Assembly: GCA_951406725.2 (NCBI GenBank)
Contig: OX597822.1
Location: 44,702,001-44,766,000 of the forward strand
Direction: 5' to 3'
Source: Octopus vulgaris
Lineage: Eukaryota
DNA length: 64,000 nt
In this document: positions 42,643 to 57,148 of the stretch, piece by piece
Layout: each line of letters opens with the position of its first letter
Numbering within the stretch: position 1 is the first letter of the stretch
The notes under the pieces: model-generated
The model's input: the letters and a program-made list of their open reading frames with translations, nothing else
The model's database searches: none
Told to the model about the DNA's origin: nothing
Translations under genes and position numbers: made by a program

Positions 42643-43029
42643 GTGGAGGCACGATGGCCCAGTGGTTAGGGCAGCGGACTCGCGGTCGTAGAATAGCAGT
42701 TTCCTTTTCCAGACGGGGCGTTGTGAGTGTTTATTGAGCAAAAGCACCTAAAGCTCCATGAGGCCCCGGCAGGGGATGGTGGCGAACACTGCTGTACACT
42801 TTCACTACAACTTCCTCTCACCCTTTCTTCCTGTCTCTGTTGTCCCTGTGTTTCAAAGGGCCAGCCTTTTCACACCCTATTTCGCGTTGAATCACATCGA
42901 GAACTACATCAAGAGTACACGTGTCTGTGGAGTGCTCAGCCACTTGCAGGTTAATTTCATGAGCAAGCTGTTCCGTTTATCGGATCAGCTGGAAGCCTCG
43001 TCGTCGTAAACGACTATATATAGTGCCAC

Positions 43030-43030
<1 letters not shown>
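42643..43030 (+). mobile_element. SINE family C, full length
   Basis: GGAGGCACGATGGCCCAGTGGTTAGGGCAGCGGACTCGCGGTCG...GTGGAGTGCTCAGCCACTTGC...CTCGTCGTCGTAA. Confidence 0.9.
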
Positions 43031-43095
<65 letters not shown>

Positions 43096-43197
43096 TACAT
43101 ATATACATACGTATATGCACATACCTACATCTATATATGCATATATACATACGTATATGCACATACCTACATCTATACGCATATATATAAGCATACA

Positions 43198-43790
43198 TGG
43201 GCGCAGGACGCCATGAAACGTGTACAACAAAAAAAATACAATGCACGAGTATATGGAACAGGAGCTATTCTTTCGAACAACGAAAGACACAAAAGGAAAA
43301 CAAAACAAACAACAGAAAGAACGACCCTTAATCCGTTGTTGGCTGTTTTTCTAATCTCGTATTTTGAACATCTAACCACAATATATTCTTTCCATAAAAC
43401 AGTTGCTCCCACAAAGCAAATTAAATTGAATAAGGGATTTTTGCGGATGGTCAAAATAGGCTGCTAAGCCTAAACGGGGTTATGGTGGCGAATGTGTAAA
43501 TCAAGCTTGGACAGGAGTCAAACAAGAGCACGTCTTCCTCGTTCCAGCTACAGCAGAGAGAAAGAAACACAAGTTAGAAGAGAGAAAGATGGCCGATGGT
43601 CACGTGGGAGCCATGTTATGCAAGGGAGGAGGAGTGAGGAGAGAGAGAGAGTGACAGAGTAATAGGAAAGAATAGTGAGAGAAGAGGAGGTAAAAGAATA
43701 AGAGAAATAGAGAAAAAGGGGAGTAAAATGATCGTATAGAGTGTGTATCAGAATTATTAATATAAACTTGGAAGAGGATGCGTGACATTC
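43198..43790. mobile_element. Interspersed repeat family D, longer copy
   Basis: The first about 260 bp are homologous to 37175-37395; continues as purine-rich sequence. Confidence 0.55.
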
Positions 43791-43833
43791 AATCATATAA
43801 GATAAATACTATATAGATATATAGATAGATAGT

Positions 43834-43883
<50 letters not shown>

Positions 43884-43910
43884 TAGATAGATAGATAGAT
43901 AGGTAGATAA

Positions 43911-43957
<47 letters not shown>

Positions 43958-43998
43958 TAGATATAGATATGCATATATACTACGTATATGTACATACC

Positions 43999-44041
<43 letters not shown>

Positions 44042-44404
44042 AACTGTGCGTGTATGTGTAAATGCCTTCATGAGATATATGATTGTAAGAGTAAAAATAT
44101 GGCTTCAGATAAACAGACCCTACTGTGGATGTTAGAAAGGTTTTTCAGACAGAAAAGTGTCTAGGAATGAAATAAAGTCTATCTAGGAAGTGTTGGTCTT
44201 AAGATGTATTGTTCGATTCTCCGTGCTCCAAATATTTTACAACCATCTTAAATCACTTTTTTGCAAATCGATCGATTATCCGTCATCTGCTGCCTGTCTT
44301 CAACATCCACGCTAAAAGCTTTAAGTTTGATTCTGAAGATATTTTTAAAACGATTCTTAAGTTTATGTCTCGGCCGTTCACCACATTGTATCTCCGTGTA
44401 AATG

Positions 44405-44692
44405 AAGACGCGTGGCGGAGTGGTTAGGGTATTCGGCGTAAGATCGTAGGGTCATGAGTTCGATTCCTGGCAAAGCGTCGAGTCCTTGACCAAGGCAATT
44501 TATTTCATGTTGCTCCTGTCAATTTATCAGACGAAAGTGAGTTATACCTGTAATTCAAAAGGGGACAACCTTGTCCCATTCTGTGTCACGGTGAATCTCT
44601 CTGGAGCGCTCAGCCGCAGGCAGATTAATATCACCAGCAGGCTAATCGTCGGGTCAACTGGAACGCTACTCGTCGTAGTCTACGGAGAGCCA
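44405..44692 (+). mobile_element. SINE family C-related (diverged)
   Basis: TGGCGGAGTGGTTAG A box, GAGTTCGATTCC B box, tail CTCGTCGTAGTCTACGG. Confidence 0.75.
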
Positions 44693-45251
44693 GTTATCTC
44701 CCGTAAAAACATGTGTGTATGTGTATCCATATATATATATATATATACAGTTGCGGCCAAAATGTTCAGAACGGCATTGTTTTCGTCAGAAAAGTAAGTA
44801 TAAGTTTAAGGGAGTGAAGAAGGGGAATGGCTGCGAGGAAACCATGAAGAGTGGAGAGGGAGAGAGAGAGTGAAGAATGAGAGAGAGGAAGAGACAAGTT
44901 AAGTAGAGGAAAAGGAAAACAAAGAATGAAGGCTGAGAAAGGGATGGGACAGAAAGGTTAAGAGTGCGCGTGAGAGTTAATATCAAGATCAAAAACTTGA
45001 TATAAAGAACAATCTTACTTAGTGGGGTGCGTGCGCTTCATCATATAATACATTAATAAATAAAATAAAACATATGCATATATATAAACATATATGTACT
45101 TACCTACCTCTACATGTACATATACACGCATATATGAGTACAGGACACCAAAAGGACGTCGAACACAATGAGAAACGAAAACATAGACACAAACCAAAGG
45201 AACTGGATATACATACATACATACATACATACATACACACACACACATATA

Positions 45252-45478
45252 TTCTTTTATTCTTTTATTCTTTTCAGTTATTTGACTGCGGCCATGATGG
45301 AGCATCGCCTTTAGTCGAGCAAATCGATCCCAGTACATATTCTTTGTAAGCCTAATAATCATTCTATCGGTCGCTTTGCCGAACCGCTAAGTTACGGGGA
45401 CGTAAACGCACCAGCATCGGTTGTCAAGCGATGTTGGGGAGGAAAAGAAATACAGACCCACAAACTAATACATATATA

Positions 45479-45550
<72 letters not shown>

Positions 45551-45638
45551 TATGTATGTCTGTATATGTTCAGTGGGACTGAACCCGGAACCATGTGGTT
45601 GGTAAGCAAGCTACTTACCGCACAGCCACTCCTGCACC
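45252..45638 (-). mobile_element. SINE family A with internal deletion
   Basis: Tail at 45252-45440 and head at 45571-45638, separated by GT/GA repeats. Confidence 0.85.
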
Positions 45639-45939
45639 TATATATATATATTTGCACACACATATGTTTGTGTGCGTGCGTGTGTTACTTTATGTATGTT
45701 GGTAGTAATAAAAGCACAGCTACGCTGTAGTTTAGAGTTTCTTATTAAAGATCGATTATATTTCCTTATTAGCCCATTGATTTTAATTTGTAATCATAAC
45801 GGTGATATATCACTAAACCCTTTAAGTCTATCTGAATCTCCTCATCAGATTGAAATTACAAGAGCATTGATATTTTCTGCGTACGCTTTGCAATAATTGA
45901 AAACAGATAATCGGAATATTGTTATAACATAAAAATCTT

Positions 45940-46176
45940 TAACATGGTGTTGTGGTTAAGAGCGCGGGTTACTAACCCCAAGATTCCGAGTTCGATTCCA
46001 GGCAGTGGCCTGAATAAAAATAAAAATAATAATAATACCAACACCAACATCGAAAAACCTAGGTTCGAAATTTCCCCAAGACACCTGATGAAGGCTGGGG
46101 TGTATATCAGCCGAAATATTGTGATAACAACAAAGATGAGGACAATATCCGTCAAATATAAATAATGTAAATAATG
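45940..46176 (+). mobile_element. Putative SINE: tRNA-like head, A-rich linker, hammerhead-like tail
   Basis: TGGTGTTGTGGTTAAG (A-box-like), GGG-TTACTAA-CCC arm, GAGTTCGATTCC (B box, 45988-45999), (AAT)n linker, CTGATGA..GAAA motif at 46085-46116, ending in AAATAATGT repeats. Confidence 0.6.
46081..46124 (+). ncRNA. Minimal hammerhead-like motif
   Basis: CAC-CTGATGA-A-GGCTG(10 nt)CAGCC-GAAA-TA-TT-GTG; 3-bp stem I, 5-bp stem II, stem III reduced to 2 nt. Confidence 0.5.
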
Positions 46177-46189
46177 CGCTCTTTTTTAA

Positions 46190-46480
46190 ATTGCTTGCCG
46201 CTGAGTTGGCCATGTGATTCGGATGCCGAGTAACCGGCTTCCAACAATGGTCCCCTTCAGAGAGATGGAGACTGAAAGTAGGCCTCATATACGTCCAAAA
46301 CTTCGTTTTTATGATCATCGCAAGCGGTCTCAGTATATCTTGCGGTGTCCCTTCCAATCTATTGGAGCCCCTAACTATTATTCGGAACGCATGGAATACT
46401 TTGTGTGATGCTGGGGGAGAGCGCTTTGGAACCGAATGCAGGAGACTGCATGAGAAAAGAAAGAGACGTCGTCATTACCA
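46190..46480 (+). pseudogene. RTE-clade LINE ORF C-terminal fragment
   Basis: Translates R*VGHVIRMPSNRLP...RPHIRPKLRFYD, matching the RTE 'RWAGHVxRM...RLPK...GRPKxRxKD' motif. Confidence 0.75.
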
Positions 46481-47154
46481 TCCCTCTCCTTACGGCTGTT
46501 GTTCGAGGTCACTTTTAATACCCCGAGTGTCACAAGATCTGCCTAAGTCTTATCGGTGTTGTCATCCATGTCTGTTCCCATGACAAACAACGTGCTGGGG
46601 GCGGAGTGGTATGAATCGTGTATAAAAACATATAACAGCGTATAGAAACCGCAGTCATTTGAATTTTCCATTTTAGTTCCAGGGAAAATTGTTAGCGATG
46701 CTCGGAATAATGGGAGATAATTTCTAGCACTTACTAATTCTGAGAAAGGACTGATAGACTTCGATCATATTGTCTTTTCAGCTGAGAAGGCAACTGTAGA
46801 CAGTTTCGGTGTGAAAGGATCTCGTCAGCGAAGTATAGTTAAAGTGAAGTTAGCTTAGATAGACGACAACGGTGTCTATGTACAGTGAAACAGATTCGAA
46901 GATTTTGTACTCCGTAGTAATTTGCATAAATAAGAATATGAAATTATGTAAGTAAACCAATTGTTGATGAAGTTGGGTAAAGAATTTCAGATGAGATGAT
47001 ATATGCAAAATGTAATTAACAATTAATTAACATTCCATTTTGAATTATTAAAAGATGTAAAGGTGCTAACGGAAATAGTTAGACAACTCAACCGAAAATC
47101 AAGCAGTATCCTCCAGAAATTAATTATTAAATTCTCAATATAATTACGAAATAA

Positions 47155-47540
47155 GGCGGGGAGCTGGCAGAAAACGTTAGCACTCTGGACGAAATGCTTA
47201 GCGGTATATCGTCTGCCACTACGTTCTGAGTTTAAATTCCGCCGAGGTCAACTTTGCCATTCATCTTTTCGGGGTCGATTAAATAAGTACCAGTTACGCA
47301 CTGGAATCGATATAATCGACTTAATCCGTTTATCTGTCCTTGTTTGTCTCCTCAGTGTGTAGCCCCTTGTGGGCAGTAAAGAAATAGAAATAGGTATTTC
47401 GTCTGTCTTTATGATCTGAGCTCAAATTCAGCCGAGGTCGACTTTTGCCTTTCATGCTTTTGGTATCGATAATTTAAGTACCAATTGCGTACTGGCGTCG
47501 ATCTAATCGACTGGCCCCATTCCCCAAAATTTCCGGCCTT
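47155..47540 (+). mobile_element. SINE family B dimer
   Basis: Head GGCGGGGAGCTGGCAG, first tail GCCCCTTGTGGGCAGTAAAGAAATAG, second unit ending GGCCTTGTGCCTAGAGTAGAAAA. Confidence 0.9.
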
Positions 47541-47711
47541 GTGCCTAGAGTAGAAAACTAAAAAGAAAAAAAAATGAAAGAATATTCTAGTGAAATAAAA
47601 TCATTTCCACACAGTCCTAGAGTATATGAAATACTTTTCTAGGAAAAATTCTTAATTTATGTTTTCGATTTCGAAAAGCCTTCTCTCTCTCTATCTATCT
47701 ATATATATATA

Positions 47712-47745
<34 letters not shown>

Positions 47746-47984
47746 CACATGAATTATAAGCATCTAAGAAAGTGACCACCTTCTTTCAAATATCAATTCG
47801 CCTTGTGATTTACGATTTGTTTATAACCCTAAGTCTATACATTTTAACGTGTGTCATTACATTGCCTGTTTCGTTTTATTACTTGGCTTAGCGCTGTCAT
47901 TCTAAATCTAACTTTGCTGTCTTTGTCTAAAATATCAAATACACACACACACACATATATATATGCTTATATAATTATGTATAC

Positions 47985-48023
<39 letters not shown>

Positions 48024-48073
48024 TCCATATATGCGTATATATGTATGTATGTATATATATATATATGTAAATG

Positions 48074-48107
<34 letters not shown>

Positions 48108-48701
48108 TATGCATATATATTTGCATATATCTCTATATATAAATGTATTTATAGCTATATATATAAATTATATACACAGATCTATTTATATATACATTCA
48201 TATATATGCATGTGTATATGTATACATATGTACATATATGGACACATATATAAGTGTGTATATCTATGTAAAGATACCTATATGTGAATGTACATATATA
48301 TCTACACATATATATATATACATATATATATATACATATATATACATATACATATATATATGTCTATGCATAAACATATATAGATATATATATATATATA
48401 TATATATATATCTATATATATATATATATACACACATCCCTATACCCACAAACATCTGCGTGTGTAAATATACTGATGTATATCAATATATATATAATTT
48501 CTTTTCCGTAGTCTTCAATACTTTTTCATGTGTCTGTAAATATCTGTCTTGCGATTCGTCTATCCACCTTTCAATTTATCAATTTCATTCTCACCCTCTT
48601 ATTCTCTCTTTCTCTCACCCTTCTCTCTCTCCCTCTCCCTCTCTCTCTCACTCTCTCTCTCTCTCTCTGTACACACACACACACATACACACACACGCAT
48701 A

Positions 48702-48753
<52 letters not shown>

Positions 48754-49972
48754 ATTTGTGTGAGTGTATATGTATATGTATGTATATTCATATTTACGTA
48801 TGGAAAATTGTGTTCGTACGTAGGCGTTAATGTCAGTTTATGTGTGTACATATTTTTTTTTGCTATTATGTTTGTATATATACATATCTGTCTATAATCT
48901 ATCTATCTCCTTCTCTCTCTCTATCTCTCTATCTTCCTCTCAATATATGTATGTATATGTTTATAAGAGCTAGTATATGTGAGCAAAATACAAAATATAA
49001 TGTTTCATTACGTCGACTGCCGCTGGGAGTAAAGTTTTTTGATGTATCCACTTGATTCGGTTTCGGGAATCGACTACAACTTTTCCTCTTGCTTTGTCCA
49101 TGATAGCTGAACTACAAAACAAAAAAAGAAACAAGAGAAAAAACAAAACACAGAAAAAAAAACGAATCAGCTGGAAACGTTAAGGATTTTATCATGGAAA
49201 GTGCTTGAGAGTTATTTCACTGGATAGCTGAAGGAAGAGAGTATGAAAAACAGCAATGATAGATCAGAGGGGGAATATTGATGAGAAGGCTTGCAAAGCG
49301 TAGTTGTGGAATTTAAAGGATGGCTTTGTTTGCGTGTTTGCTGGTGAAGCTGTATGTGTTCGTACGGTCAATGACCAGTAGACCATTTTTCAGCAACAGT
49401 ATTTAGTTTCGTTTCTTATACAGCATTAGTTGCAATCCATCTTACGACCAGTAGATGTTAATTCATAGGCATGTGTACATACATACATATACACATCCAG
49501 ACACATATATATGTATGTATGCATGTATGCACACAGGTTCGTTTCCCTGGCTTTTAAATATTTCAGGAGCGTACATTTCAAAGAATTCCAAAGAATTTGG
49601 TGTCTGGTACATCTTCAAAATTTTCTTTTCATTTAACAGCTAGAAATACGGTATAAATAGTTAGCTAAAATGATCGATACGTGTTTCTGCAGCACAGAGT
49701 ATGTGCATTTGTGCATGCAACCCAGCATATTCTGCTACGCACCTCATTCAGTGTCTTTCTACAAGCGTGGTTAGCAGAAGACTCACCAGAAACATGTCTC
49801 GGTCATTCTAACTATCTAATTATGCTGCATGGCTAAGTGCTATATTAGAAGAAATGTTTGAAGATATACCAGTCTTTGTATTCTTTATAATTGCTTGGTA
49901 TATACATATATACATACATACATACATACATACACACATACATACATACATACATACATACAAATATATATA

Positions 49973-50008
<36 letters not shown>

Positions 50009-50046
50009 TGTATGTATGTGCGTGTGTGTGTGGGGGGGGGGGGGAA

Positions 50047-50182
50047 GAAGCTTGCTTTTCAACCACGTGGTTCCGTGTTCAGTCCCACTTCATTATACCT
50101 TGAGTGTCTTCTACAATAGCCTCGGGCCGACCAAACCCTTGTGAGTGGATTTGCTGGACGGAAGCTGAAAGAAGCCCGCCGT
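50047..50182 (+). mobile_element. SINE family A 5' half
   Basis: AAGCTTGCTTTTCAACCACGTGGTTCCGTGTTCAGTCCCAC...AAGAAGCCCGCCG. Confidence 0.85.
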
Positions 50183-50296
50183 ATATATATATATATATAT
50201 ATATACAGAGAGAGAGAGAAAGAGAGAGAGACAGAGACAGAGACAGAGAGTGAGGGTATAGGTATCAAGAAGATCCAAAGCGTGGCAGGTAACGCT

Positions 50297-50768
50297 AAGT
50301 AAGTTAGTTAGTTAGTTAGTTAATTTGGCTCAAAAGCAAATAGCAAGGCCATGTAGGGGGACATGGAGTTAAGTACAGGGTGGTGTTCATGTAAAGAGTT
50401 CAGGCCACTTGAGGTCAAGGGAGGCTTTGAACAAGGCGGTCGTCGGCATCTTCACCATCTCGTCTGGCAGCTTGTTCCACGGATCCGCAACCCGGACGGA
50501 GAAAGGTCCTCTCCTTCGATTGAGATGAAATCGTCGCAGGTAGAGCTTTTCGGAATGACTCCGCAGCCGACGCTCTGGAGCAGGAGTGAAGAACAGCTCT
50601 TTCGAGAGGTTACACTTTCCGCTTATGATGTTGTGGGCGAGAATGAGATCACCACAGCGGCGGCGTTTTTCTAGAGAATAAAGGTCGAGCGTCCTCAGCC
50701 TTTCTTCAGAGGACAAATTTTTGAGACCATGAACCATGCGGGTAGCCAGCTTCTGGACTCTTTCGAGT
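50297..50768 (-). mobile_element. CR1-type LINE 3' fragment with (CTAA)n tail
   Basis: Minus: LERVQKLATRMV..LYSLEKRRRCGDLI..FSVRVADPWNKLP, typical of the CR1 ORF2 C-terminus; short 3' UTR, then (TAAC)n at 50297-50322. Confidence 0.88.
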
Positions 50769-50924
50769 GCTATGGAGGGCCGTAGTTAGACACTTGGTTC
50801 GATAGTGATACGAGTGAGGAGTGTAATGTGGAACTTGTATTAGCATGCATATATATTAGACAAAATGAGATAACAAGCGCCAAAGGCTGTGAGGAGTTTC
50901 AGGACATATATATATATATATATA

Positions 50925-51310
50925 TATTCTGGGATATTAGGGGTATCCCTTCATCAGAGACGATATGAGATGGTTAAATAGAGGTAAATGTTTGAGTTCG
51001 AAATAAGTAATTATTGTGGAAAAGAAGGAGATAGGGAATATGGAGGGAAATAAGAGAAAGTAGAAATAAAATATAAAATATTGTAGTTGCAGTTCCATTA
51101 TTCGAGGAAAGTGGTGTATAGAAGTGGTAAAAAGGTTTCTTGTACATGGTATGTAAGTTCCGATAGTAGTTCATGTTTAGTCATTTCAAAGTATGGAGCC
51201 GTGGATTCTGTGTTGCTCATTCGAAGGGGTTTAGTGGTATGAATGAGAACTTGAGAATGTATTAGTTTCAGATCCACAAGATCTCCTCGATTGAGTCGAG
51301 AACGATGAAA
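50925..51310 (-). mobile_element. PLE fragment: decayed GIY-YIG C-terminus followed by a truncated HHR
   Basis: The minus translation DLKLIHSQVLIHTTKPLRMSNTESTAPY resembles the PLE endonuclease end 'LxIxESxLI..xKPxLN...SxPL'. About 230 bp downstream is GTCT-CTGATGA-A-GGGATA(7)TATCCC-A-GAA (50961-50927), cut off by (TA)n. Confidence 0.55.
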
Positions 51311-51319
51311 GCTTTTTGA

Positions 51320-51605
51320 AAACTCTGCGTAGGCTTCTGAGCCGGTATCGCCAAGCTTTTGATAAAATTTGATGCAGATTCTCTGCTCAACGTTCTCTGT
51401 CATGGGCAATGCGACGATCACACACTACACACCTTCCTTTCAAGCACTGCCGTAAAGAACAGAAGTTAGCTAGAACGTTAAAATTTAATACGCATGCAGA
51501 ACAGAGTTCAAGGTCAATTTGTGCCAAGCGGCTTTACTCTCCGTGCTTCAGCTTCGTCACTATAACAACAGTCCTTATACTTATTGACCAGACCACGAAA
51601 GTATA
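51320..51605 (-). mobile_element. Mariner-family DNA transposon 5' fragment
   Basis: Minus: TIR-like CGTGGTCTGGTCAATAAGTATAAGGACT near 51600-51570, then EQRICIKFYQKLGDTGSEAY (mariner transposase N-terminal helix). Confidence 0.75.
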
Positions 51606-52300
51606 AAACATTCTCTTGTTTCGCTGTGCCTCTCTTCTGCTCGCTTATGCCTTTCTATGTACGTGTGTGTGTTTCTTATGTATGCGCTCCAATATGGTCT
51701 TGTACGTGTATGTTTTTGAGCCTGTGTCTGAGTATGTATTTGAGAGTGTGTGTATGTGTTTGAGAGTGTATGTGCGTGTGTGTGAGAGAGAGAGAGAGTG
51801 GGGTGCCAGGCCATAATATGTGTTTAGATTGAGAGATATGTCTTATCATGCTTCCGACTTGTTTCGGTTTGTTCTGGAAAAATTCACTTACCTATGATGT
51901 ATTGCGGGAAATAAATTATTCTACAACTCCCCCATCTCCATTTCCCTTTCTCCTTCTCGCTCTGTACACACACACACACACACGCACACACACACACACA
52001 AACACGCACACACACACACACAAACACGGACTGGCATACGCACAAACTCGAAGCATAATTTATTCACACATCTCCATATATATTGTTTAGCGAAAAGTAA
52101 TTGCTTTTCTCATTCTCTTCGTCCATCTTGTTATATAAGAGTGTATTTGTGTATACATGCAAATACATATACACATATATATGTGTATAAACATATATCC
52201 GTAATGATAACCATATATACAAATATATATATATACATATATAGATAGAGAGATAGCTAGAGAGATAAATATAGATACATATGCACACATGTAGACATTG

Positions 52301-52346
<46 letters not shown>

Positions 52347-52465
52347 TTATATACATATACATATATATATACATATATATATATGTATAGTATACATATA
52401 TTTGTATACATACATACATATAATTATATATATATTATACATACATATATATATGTATACATATA

Positions 52466-52530
<65 letters not shown>

Positions 52531-52816
52531 AAATATACATATATTTGCCCGTGAATGGCTTTTAAGTAGTGCTCTGCGTTTGTGTGCATGTATGTATACA
52601 CACACACGCGCGCGCGCGCATACACATACATATACACCCTTACACACAGTCACATAATCGCCGCCCTCACTCTGTATCCAGCCCCGCACAAATCTCTTTC
52701 TTCTATCATTGTCTGTGACCCTTGTGACATTCCATCACTGTCGGTTGATTAGGTCTGAAAAATGTCTGCTTATTCTGCTAAATGGACAATACATTTGACT
52801 TGGATTATAAAGATAT

Positions 52817-52937
<121 letters not shown>

Positions 52938-53122
52938 AGCAATCCAAGTTGGCGGATGTAGGATCGTGATAATCCAAGGATGTGTGTGTATCAGTAATTA
53001 TATGTGTGTGTATACCTGTTTCTTACATGCTATGAATATTGATGTTCCTCATTTGTGACTGTAATATGTGTTTATTTAGTTATCAGTACAAGTACATACA
53101 TGCACTCACACACACAGACACA

Positions 53123-53199
<77 letters not shown>

Positions 53200-53277
53200 A
53201 ACATTTATATATATATATATACATGTATCTATCCGCCTGTCTATGTATCTGCCATCCTCCCACTCTCTCTAACATTG

Positions 53278-53313
<36 letters not shown>

Positions 53314-53417
53314 TACACTGATAGATAGATATACATAGATACATATGTATATATTGAGAGAGAGAGAGAAAGTGAGTTGTCAGAGAGATTGCAGACAGGC
53401 AGACAGATCTGTCTCTC

Positions 53418-55335
<1,918 letters not shown>

Positions 55336-55350
55336 ATATATATATATGTA

Positions 55351-55417
<67 letters not shown>

Positions 55418-55427
55418 TATATATAAA

Positions 55428-55475
<48 letters not shown>

Positions 55476-55892
55476 CACACATGACAGTCTCTCCTTTTCT
55501 ATGCATTGATAAACAATGTGTGTCTGTACGTACGAATGTATATATAAAAATATTTAGGAAGATTATAAAATTATATCGCAACGCCTTTCTACATGAAATT
55601 TATATTCAAAGTCATTCATCTCTTAATACCCGACGTTTATCCCTCCACTTCCCTAGTTAGCTACTTTATTTTTATCGATTTTGAACGACTGAAAGGCAAA
55701 GTTGACCTCGATTGAATTCGAACTTAGATCATTCTCTCTGAATATATCACGTGATTGGCCTAACTATCGGATATTTCTAAACATTGCTGGGCACAATGCA
55801 CTTTGCATCGTTTTAGCTTTTGAATTTTGCCTTTCGGTTTTGGCGGGCAGGCCAACACCACCAGCACTCGGATCGGAAGGCTACTCCGTTGC

Positions 55893-56043
55893 AGGGTTAC
55901 ACTTTTACAGCTGAGTGGACTGGGACATTGTGAAATGAAGTGTTTTACTCAAAAAACATGACACGCAGTCGATCTGGGAATTCGAAACCACGATTTTGCG
56001 TTCGTGAGTACGACACGCCTGACCAGCAGGCCACGCGCCTTCA
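55893..56043 (-). mobile_element. tRNA-derived SINE head (family C-related)
   Basis: rc GAAGGCGCGTGGCCTGCTGGTCAGG...GGTTTCGAATTCCC. Confidence 0.7.
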
Positions 56044-56124
56044 CGTCAATGTACAAACGGCTACAATAGAGATTCTTAAAGAATCCCTAGAAATCAATTT
56101 TTATAATCGAAGTGGGATAAAGTA

Positions 56125-57148
56125 TTCTTTTCTACACTAGGCACAAGACTCGAAATCTTTGGTGAGGGGCCCAGTCGATTGGATCGACCCCAGTACGCAA
56201 CTGGTACTGAACTTATCGACTCCGAATTGATGTAAGACAAAGTCGACGTCGGTGGTAACTGAACTTACAATGTAAAGACACGAAATACCGCAAAGCATTT
56301 CGCCCGATGTGCTAAGATTTCTGCCAGCTCGCCGCCATTTAAAGATATATTCTTTTCTACTCTAGGCAGAAGGCCCAAAATTTTGAGGGAGGGGACCAGT
56401 CGATTACATTGACCCCAGTGCACAACTGCTACTGAATTTGTCGATCCCGAAAGGATGTAAGGCAAAGTCGACCTCGGCGGCAATTGAACTCAGCATGTAA
56501 AGACAGACGAAATACCTATTTCTTTACTACCCACAAGGGGCTAAACACAGAGAGGACAAAGAAGGACAGACAAACGGATTAAGTCGATTATATCGACCTT
56601 AGTGCGTAACTGGTACTTATTTAATCGATCCCGAAAGGATGAAAGATAAAGTCGACCCCAGCGGAATTTGAACTCAGAACGTAGCGGCAGACGAAATACC
56701 ACTAAGCATTTCGCCCGGCGTGGTAATGTTTCTTATTTCTTTATTGCACACAAAGGGCTAAACATAGAGGAGACAAATAAGAAGAGACAAAGGGATTAAG
56801 TCAATTACATCGACTCCAGTGCGTAACTGGTGCTTAATTTATCGACCCCGAAAAGAAAGAAAAGCAAAGTCGACCTCGGCGGAATTTGAACTCAGAACGT
56901 AGCGGCAGAGGAAATACCTATTTCTTTACTACCCACCAGGGGCTAAACACAGAGAGGACGAACAAGGACAGACAAACGGATAAAGTCGATTATATCGACC
57001 CCAGTGCGTAACTGGTATTTAATTTATCGACCCCGAAAGGATGAAAGGCAAAGTCGACCTCGGCGGAAATTGAACTCAGAACGTAGCGGCAGAGGAAATA
57101 CCGCTAAGCATTTCGCCTGGCGTGCTAATGTTTCTCCCAGCTCGCCGT
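56125..57148 (-). mobile_element. SINE family B: monomer (56125-56337) plus tetramer (56350-57148)
   Basis: Five copies of the AAAGTCGAC core (about 56239, 56464, 56648, 56866, 57050); heads at 56337 and 57148. Confidence 0.9.

Noticed and set aside
44747-44795. TA-CAGTTGCGGCCAAAA Tc1-like terminal sequence
   Set aside because: No matching second TIR or transposase remnant found.
46790-46835. Minus-strand CTGACGA...GAAACTGTC hammerhead-like spacing
   Set aside because: No convincing stem I or stem II pairing.
56125-57148. Regularly spaced repeats superficially like a CRISPR array
   Set aside because: Units are about 200-bp SINE copies with conserved rather than unique spacers; eukaryotic context and no cas genes.
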